Shown here in pieces: positions 58,801-64,000 of a DNA stretch of 64,000 nucleotides. Made by a program: the position numbers and the translations under genes. The notes under the pieces are model-generated. The model had not been told where the DNA came from. It saw nothing but the letters and a program-made list of their open reading frames with translations, and did not search any database. The DNA comes from Epithemia pelagica (taxonomy: Eukaryota > Protista > Bacillariophyta): assembly GCA_946965045.2 (NCBI GenBank), contig OX337231.1, forward strand, positions 2,170,001-2,234,000. The letters are read 5' to 3'. Positions within the stretch are counted from its first letter, which is position 1; each line of letters begins with the position of its first letter.

Positions 58801-61520
58801 ATATTGTCTTGAAGAGTGTTCACAAATTGCTTGGTAGACTTGATACCGTAAATATCAGTGACAAGAGTATCGCGGCCAACAAAAATTTGAGCCACCTTTC
58901 CACCATGATCAACAGCAGGTGTATCAGAAAAGATCGAATCGGTAGCAACGGGTTCATGACGACGTGGTAGATTCAGGATAGGGTTGCGTGCCTTGAAATG
59001 TTTCTTGAGAGTGTCACAGTCAAAAATCACATTAGCATGTCGTGTAGTATGCTTGAAAGTATCGGCAATAACTTCCTCGGATTGCCAACCAAAGAAGGGA
59101 CAAAATTGTTTCCAATCATGTTCTTCCACATAACGACAATGGACAGATGCATGTTGAAGGGTTGGGTCTTCACCATTAGCATCAGCATAGATAGAGAAAT
59201 ATGTGGTGTTGTCGGGTCCGTGATCATAAGGAAGGTCAAGGAGAAGATTGAGATGGCAGACAACACGATCAGTGTACTCCCCATACGTGTCATATGGATA
59301 ACGTGCCATACTGCCGTCGGTCGTAACCTGATGCCATGTAGTAGAAGCATCATGCTGTGGATCTGAATGAGTATGGTCAAGAACAGAGGGGTCCCAAGTA
59401 GATGGCGAAGTAAAGATGATTTGCGGCAATCGGTCCATGTCATCATCAGAAGGGATACCTAATGAGTGGATAAAGGCAAGTCCATCCTTGATACACAGAG
59501 GTAAAGCACGTCCATCAAGGGTAGTGATACGTTGCTTTCCATCCACCTTGACAGAACGTTCATCCACAGATAGCCCATAATGTTCCAATTGACAAGGCGC
59601 ATGTATAGACTGTTCTTTTCCATAGTATGCATATTCGTTGAAGATACCAACGATTGGTCCATCATTAGTTTCAAACTTGGCAGCACAAGTGACAATGGGG
59701 AGACCAGTAAGTTCATGGTTGTCGATTCCCACAATCGTGATGTTACGACCTGTTTTGGAAAGGATACGCATATCAGCTCCGGCTAAACCACCATTGGCAC
59801 CACGATCAATGAGTTGATTCCCAGTATAAGTCGACTTTTGAGAGAACATATATTGAGTCATGTGGACCTTCTGCTTGTGCTCATTCTGTTTGAAACTAAC
59901 TTTCTTACTCGTCTTAGATGCGGCATTGGATAGAACATTAGACAAATCAGAAGCTGGGTGATTGAGGTCGGTTGACGTCATTGCTTGATGGATGAGATGG
60001 GTGGCTGGATCGGAATCATCATGCGGATATGTGGGGTTGTCCAGGTCATTGAAAACATCTTGACCAGGGTCAGGATCAGGTTCAGGATCAATGTCAAGGG
60101 AGTGTTGCTGTACTTTTCTTGGACTCGGAGTAGAAGCTTGCACGTTCTTGTTATACTCAACAATCATCTTGCAAGCATCCTCAGGAAGTTTAAACCATAG
60201 GTCACGAGGAAGACTGGCTTTTGGAGATGCCGTGTTATCATCTTGGACATTGGTATTGTTTATCTGATATGCATCGTCTTCCTGAAGGGATCCCTCAATA
60301 TCATGTTGTGTTTCGTGTTGCTCGTGTTGCTTGACACTACGACGACGACCAGTTGCAGAAGATTGCGTGACTTGATCATGGTCATATGCTGCGTCCATCA
60401 AAATGGAGAAGTACGACTGATAACATAAAGACTTTGCTCCAGACTTCGTGTTGACGACGCTGTCCAAGATTTTAACTCTGCGAAGGTCAGGTACCTTCTC
60501 GACAGCTTGCATAAGAAACGTCATCCTGGTGTGATCAGGTATGCAATCAGAGAGATCAACAAGGTTATCGAGTAAACGTAGTTTGTCTTGGAAATGAAGC
60601 AAAAATTGACGTGATGATCCACGCCATGTATCATCGAGGCGAAGGTTGGAGATGTAATTGGTTAATCGTAAGACCTCTCGTTTCGCTAAGTCTGACTTCG
60701 TATGCAATGTGTGAAGCTTCTGTAACACTGCTCGTGCGTCTTCATCATGTTCATGTTCGCGAACATAAGCTCTTCCTTGATCAGTCTGGATGATGCGCAC
60801 AAGGACGGAGTATAGGAAGATTTGTTGCTCTTGGAAAAGTTCTGTTGCATACGTATCATTCGTTGGCGGCTTGTATCGGAAGTCAAGAACATTAGATAAA
60901 CCTTGGGCTTTTGCTGTGGTCTTGAAAGTCCTCCAGAACGTGTCGTAGTATCGTTCATCCTTGAATGTTTCATATGCCATAGCGTCACGCTTGGTTCCCT
61001 TCTTGAATGCGGTTAGGTCCAGTTGGGACTGTGATGCAGCAGAAGTAGTACTAAACGATTTGGGTGACGTCGAATGGGATGGAGATTTCATAGGTGATAC
61101 TGGGTCATTGATAGGGCTTCCGGAGCGAAAGTCAGTGTTTATCCTCCATAGATCAAATTCTGCCTTGGTCAGATTCATCCAGGTTGCCTTGGAAGGTATA
61201 CCCTGAATGTCGATACTCGTTTGTCGGAACCAATGGGCAAGCAACTTGATCTGCTGGCTTGTATTGACATGTAGGTCGTGCATTTGTTTTCCTGACTTGT
61301 ATTTTGTCATACTATCCATGTTCTTCTCAGGGTCAATTGCCATATGTTCAATGATACTAAGGATATCATCAAAAGCATGATAGTGCATCCATTTCACGAG
61401 TACATCGACCCTTTCCTTGGAAAAGTTGAACAACACCTGAGTAATATGATCAAAGACTTCTTGATCAGATATACTTTGATTGGTGTTGAACTCTGGTGTG
61501 GTCGGTGTAGTTGGTTCCAT
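55854..61520 (-). CDS. Element C gag-pol polyprotein (gag-PR-IN-RT-RNaseH)
   Basis: IDRGANG, ATDSIFSD, LISDGG, KAENRY, HKARLVADGH, YVDDL, TYGSEFVA, GDN, NPADILSK. Confidence 0.96.
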   Translation of the reverse strand: MEPTTPTTPEFNTNQSISDQEVFDHITQVLFNFSKERVDVLVKWMHYHAFDDILSIIEHMAIDPEKNMDSMTKYKSGKQMHDLHVNTSQQIKLLAHWFRQTSIDIQGIPSKATWMNLTKAEFDLWRINTDFRSGSPINDPVSPMKSPSHSTSPKSFSTTSAASQSQLDLTAFKKGTKRDAMAYETFKDERYYDTFWRTFKTTAKAQGLSNVLDFRYKPPTNDTYATELFQEQQIFLYSVLVRIIQTDQGRAYVREHEHDEDARAVLQKLHTLHTKSDLAKREVLRLTNYISNLRLDDTWRGSSRQFLLHFQDKLRLLDNLVDLSDCIPDHTRMTFLMQAVEKVPDLRRVKILDSVVNTKSGAKSLCYQSYFSILMDAAYDHDQVTQSSATGRRRSVKQHEQHETQHDIEGSLQEDDAYQINNTNVQDDNTASPKASLPRDLWFKLPEDACKMIVEYNKNVQASTPSPRKVQQHSLDIDPEPDPDPGQDVFNDLDNPTYPHDDSDPATHLIHQAMTSTDLNHPASDLSNVLSNAASKTSKKVSFKQNEHKQKVHMTQYMFSQKSTYTGNQLIDRGANGGLAGADMRILSKTGRNITIVGIDNHELTGLPIVTCAAKFETNDGPIVGIFNEYAYYGKEQSIHAPCQLEHYGLSVDERSVKVDGKQRITTLDGRALPLCIKDGLAFIHSLGIPSDDDMDRLPQIIFTSPSTWDPSVLDHTHSDPQHDASTTWHQVTTDGSMARYPYDTYGEYTDRVVCHLNLLLDLPYDHGPDNTTYFSIYADANGEDPTLQHASVHCRYVEEHDWKQFCPFFGWQSEEVIADTFKHTTRHANVIFDCDTLKKHFKARNPILNLPRRHEPVATDSIFSDTPAVDHGGKVAQIFVGRDTLVTDIYGIKSTKQFVNTLQDNIRMRGVMETLISDGGSSLISHKVKDILRTLLIGEYRSEPYHQHQNKAENRYQTVKRMTNAIMNATGCPANVWLLCLEYVCDLLNHSSSHAHSGRTPIEALTGHPPDISHLLFFPFWDEVYYRVDPSEPSSGPYPSSTDEKLGHWVGFAHNVGDAFTWKILSADNHILYRSAVRRVASTTPNLRVDRPSGETSPKDDTDKQADTVFIRSKSEDPSKPMPTIDYEDMIGRTFLCDTEENGERHRARVVKRVVDLNEESLKQEERIKYIYRKTNSDVDEMISYNQLMEYIERDNQAQTSGDNLFRFRDVIAHQGPLSSTDPDYKGSKYNLLVDWETGETTYEPLSLIANDDPITVAIYGKKHGLLNEPGWKHLKRYVKTSKRLIRAAKQSRIKQVRRSVKYKFGFQVPRDYAEAVNLDKQNGTTRWQDATELELSQIQSYETFKDHGKAIFTNGKVSNAPEGYQKIRVHLVFDVKHDGRHKARLVADGHLTKEPVETIYSGVVSIRNLRIALFLGSLNDLEVWGADIGNAYLEALTGEKLYIVAGPEFKELEGHILIIYKALYGLKSSGARWHDVLFDVLTDMGFSPSKADPDIWMRKAPGEDCYEYIAVYVDDLAIIATDPRNICKVFKEKYNFKLKGDGPIDYHLGCRYTKDPDGTLVSDPRRYISKMMDTFERIFKEKPKKAKTPLIAGDHPELDDTELLDEEGTQHFQTLIGQLQWVITIGRFDVFTATMTLSRFRAAPRQGHLNRAKRIYGYLFNLSDGAIRFRIGEPDFSSIPSQDFDWSRTVYSDAKEYIPHDCPEPLGRYVTTTHYLDANLMHDMITGKSVTAILHLLNGTPIDWYSKRQSTVETATYGSEFVAARTAVDQITELRHSLRYLGVPIRDRSYLFGDNRSVVVNATMPHSILSKRHHLLSYHRVREAIAAQYVAFYWKDGKTNPADILSKPWEFATIWPLLKPLLFWRGEVQDLYESSDDKAEPTSCGE

Positions 61521-61733
61521 GATTGCTTGACTTGGTGATAAGATATGTTGATATGTGTCCTGTGATGTCTTAGTCGAAAACTTTACTTATCACTTGTAAC
61601 CCGGATGTGTGGTGTGCCTTGTGAACCCGGATGTGCCACGTATGTCCACGTGTGATGTGATGTCCGAAAGGTAACCCGGATGTGCGGAACTCGGTTTTGT
61701 CTCTGGTTTGGTGTGAAAACTACTTAAAATTAC

Positions 61734-62513
61734 TTAAACGTGGTCACTTCTGGGCTCGTTGTGGTAATCAAGTTGAATCGGAGACTCAGTAACAGAGGTA
61801 GCTTCTTCGTTGCCGTTGTGGTCCTCAACTAGGTGGTTCACTGGTTGGGTGAGTAGAGGGAAGATAGTGGCACGGAAGTCCTGGTGCAACTTGATAACGT
61901 GGATGAAACCAACGTAGTCGTCGAGACGGGTAGTCAAGGTAGGAAGAGGTTGGTTAGTCTTGTTCACGACCCAAATGGTATGGAAGTAATTGACCGGACG
62001 CTGGAAAGTAAGGAAGCGTACCCGAAGGCAGCCTGATGGGGTGGTCGATAGGGTCGTCGCTATGTATCGGTAGCTTGGAGATTGGAATAGCAAGTCTAGG
62101 AGTCGTTGGATATCCTCTAGGTCGACGACGGGTTGGACGGACTCGAACGAGACCTCGTGTTCGAGCGTCGAACGGATGTGGTCCGGGTCGCTCTGATACT
62201 CGGATGGCTCGCGGAAGTAACGGAGGTGCGCGTTGATGAGACGGCTCGTACGTCGGGTGCGAGTTGGGTTCGGGCGAGGAGGTGTACTCGGTCGGCGTGC
62301 AAGGGTGTTCGGCGGGCGATTCGGGTCGGACGGCGGAGGGACGACTTGATCGGGAGTCTGGAACGGATTAGGCGCGCTAGCCTTCTCCGGGGAGTTAGAG
62401 GGCGTCTCGATGAGGAATTCGCCAGGGTGGACGGCAATCTGCTGTGTTGGGTCACCACTCTGCTGGAAAGCATTGTAGATCCGACGGATAGGAGTATTGG
62501 AGTCACTGGACAT
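61734..62513 (-). CDS. Extra ORF (ORF0) upstream of gag in element C, unknown function
   Basis: 259 aa from ATG 62513; homologous to element A ORF0. Confidence 0.8.
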   Translation of the reverse strand: MSSDSNTPIRRIYNAFQQSGDPTQQIAVHPGEFLIETPSNSPEKASAPNPFQTPDQVVPPPSDPNRPPNTLARRPSTPPRPNPTRTRRTSRLINAHLRYFREPSEYQSDPDHIRSTLEHEVSFESVQPVVDLEDIQRLLDLLFQSPSYRYIATTLSTTPSGCLRVRFLTFQRPVNYFHTIWVVNKTNQPLPTLTTRLDDYVGFIHVIKLHQDFRATIFPLLTQPVNHLVEDHNGNEEATSVTESPIQLDYHNEPRSDHV

Positions 62514-62538
62514 GAAAACTTCGGGGAAATGAGACAGG

Positions 62539-62552
62539 TGAGACTGTTAATC
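62539..62552 (-). promoter_or_regulatory. Putative tRNA-Asn-half primer-binding site of element C
   Basis: The plus strand reads TGAGACTGTTAATC and abuts the 5' LTR; it is the same 14-mer as in element A. Confidence 0.7.
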
Positions 62553-63318
62553 TAGTAGAATTCCGTCAGTACACGCTCTAGAAGAGCCACAATCGATTAC
62601 CAACTGATACCAAGGTTCTCCACGGGTCAGAGAACAAAGGAAACCCAAGGGTTCTATCGTAGGGATAGTCAGGACACTGAAGACGTGATGATATGGTAAT
62701 GTTAATGATTGTGAGCTTACTACTAGGTTTGGTGTGTGAGATTTCCATTCTTGTTGTCGATCGTGTGAAATAGGTTCTTGGCGGTGATAGGTCTGGAATG
62801 GTTGGAGTTGATGTATGTGAGGTATATAACATGTATATGTGCTTGTATATCATATACAGCCTCAACGATTCTTGGCTAAAGTTGGTATATGTAGTTTTGT
62901 TGGCACGTCCTTGTTTGCAATCTTGAAATAGTGGGAACGATGATATGGTCTCGCGTGATCGTGATTCGTGCCTTGTGTACTTAGACCGTTGGGTCGGATA
63001 CATGATCGCCACGCTCGGATAGTTCTTGCGCGCATCTTGACGAATTTGGGCGCGCACGCTTAGGGCATAGGTCAGGCTCGGATGTTCAACGGATGATCAT
63101 CCGTTGATGGGATATCAAGACCAAAGTTGATTCTTGATAGCACGTTCGTCAATCTGTTCTCACTTTTTGGTATATGCGACCGAAATATAGGTTGAGCTAG
63201 CGCGAAGCTAGGTATGTAGTGTGGATGTAGGTGATGTAGGTGATGTTTGAAGCCACGGGACTCGACTAACCGATGAGGTGCCGAACCTAACCGATGATTT
63301 TCGGTGAGAGTTCTACTA
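62553..63318 (-). repeat. Element C 5' LTR
   Basis: Direct repeat of 55091-55856, flanked by TSD CCTTC. Confidence 0.95.
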
Positions 63319-64000
63319 CCTTCGTCACGAGATTCAACGCCTTGATGACTTGAAGAAATATCGACAAGCTGAATTAACTCAGAAGGAAGCCATGGTTTGT
63401 AAAGTACAAATTCAAGACGTGACCGTTCTGGAGAACCAACTCCGTGCGCTCAAGAAACAAATGGTGGAAACCTCACAGAAACACGGTGACATGGCCCTCA
63501 TGCCTCCGGGAGACGATAAAGTTCCCAAATCCCCAGTCACAGCTTTGGGTGACAGTGGTTGTGTTTTAGATACGGAGGACAAGACTCCATGCACACGGGC
63601 CTTGGTGGCCCATGATCCGTTGATGGACAATACAGTTCCAATAGTTCCATTTAGCAGGAAGCGTAAACAGTCAAGCATGTAACCAAAACCAAGATCAACC
63701 AGGTAGATGCTCACTGCTCACCTAAATCACTGCTCAGGTATTTCACGAATGGTAAATGGTAACCATGGTTTCCGACAGGGTTCGACAAGAATCATTAGTG
63801 GGTCTAAAAGATGGAAAGAACTTGTGTTTCTAGGAGTACTAGAGAAGAGTATCAATAGAGAGGGTAGTGGGTAGAGCTACGGTTGTGATTCTTGTGATGG
63901 TTCCGTTTTCCCTTCTTCCGATTTGAAATTCGGTCGCGCTTCTATAAGGCGCCGAAACCGTGAGTGGCGATCGGCGACCGGCGACTGTAAAGTAGACTTC

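Larger units (their letters stand above)
55091..63318 (-). mobile_element. Ty1/copia LTR retrotransposon 'C' (CoDi-like), structurally intact
   Basis: 766-bp LTRs with about 4 differences seen by eye; TSD CCTTC at 55086-55090 and 63319-63323; PPT TGTGGGGAG; uninterrupted 1888-aa gag-pol. Confidence 0.97.
54541..63682 (+). pseudogene. Host gene (PDZ-like region plus coiled coil) split by element C; parts 54541-55090 and 63324-63682
   Basis: Removing element C and one TSD copy restores the frame ...EITTL-RHEIQRLDDLKKYRQ..., continuous with ORF 63350-63682. The PDZ-like call rests on GDVFVAIDG...EFDTVRSLIK and is tentative. Confidence 0.8.

Overview
Eukaryotic nuclear DNA, most likely from a diatom: short GT-AG introns, an Lhc antenna gene, a DUF6824 protein, a polyamine synthase-SET fusion and CoDi-like Ty1/copia elements. 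No rRNA, tRNA or CRISPR features were seen. About 17 host genes are present: UNG (partial), Lhc, saccharopine dehydrogenase-like, two ankyrin-like, RTEL1-like helicase, MFS transporter, PPR protein, aminopropyltransferase-SET fusion, DUF6824 protein, COPE, several hypothetical proteins and two unusual multidomain genes. The first unusual gene is an intronless TIR-GAF-GGDEF protein (6535-8496, minus) that keeps both the TIR catalytic Glu and the GGDEF motif; this is the strongest candidate for an undescribed system. The second is a glutaredoxin-DUF4395-SLAC1/TehA-hemerythrin fusion (18863-22039, minus). About 25 kb of the window is transposon. One block is triple nested (22109-38876): a decayed copia element B, whose 5' LTR is split by a TA-flanked inverted-repeat DNA element carrying a captured PPDK fragment, which in turn holds a young copia element A. 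A second, intact copia element C (55091-63318, minus) interrupts a host ORF. Elements A and C share non-canonical LTR ends, a conserved extra ORF upstream of gag, and a primer-binding site matching the anticodon arm of tRNA-Asn. All domain calls come from motif recognition by eye, not from database searches.
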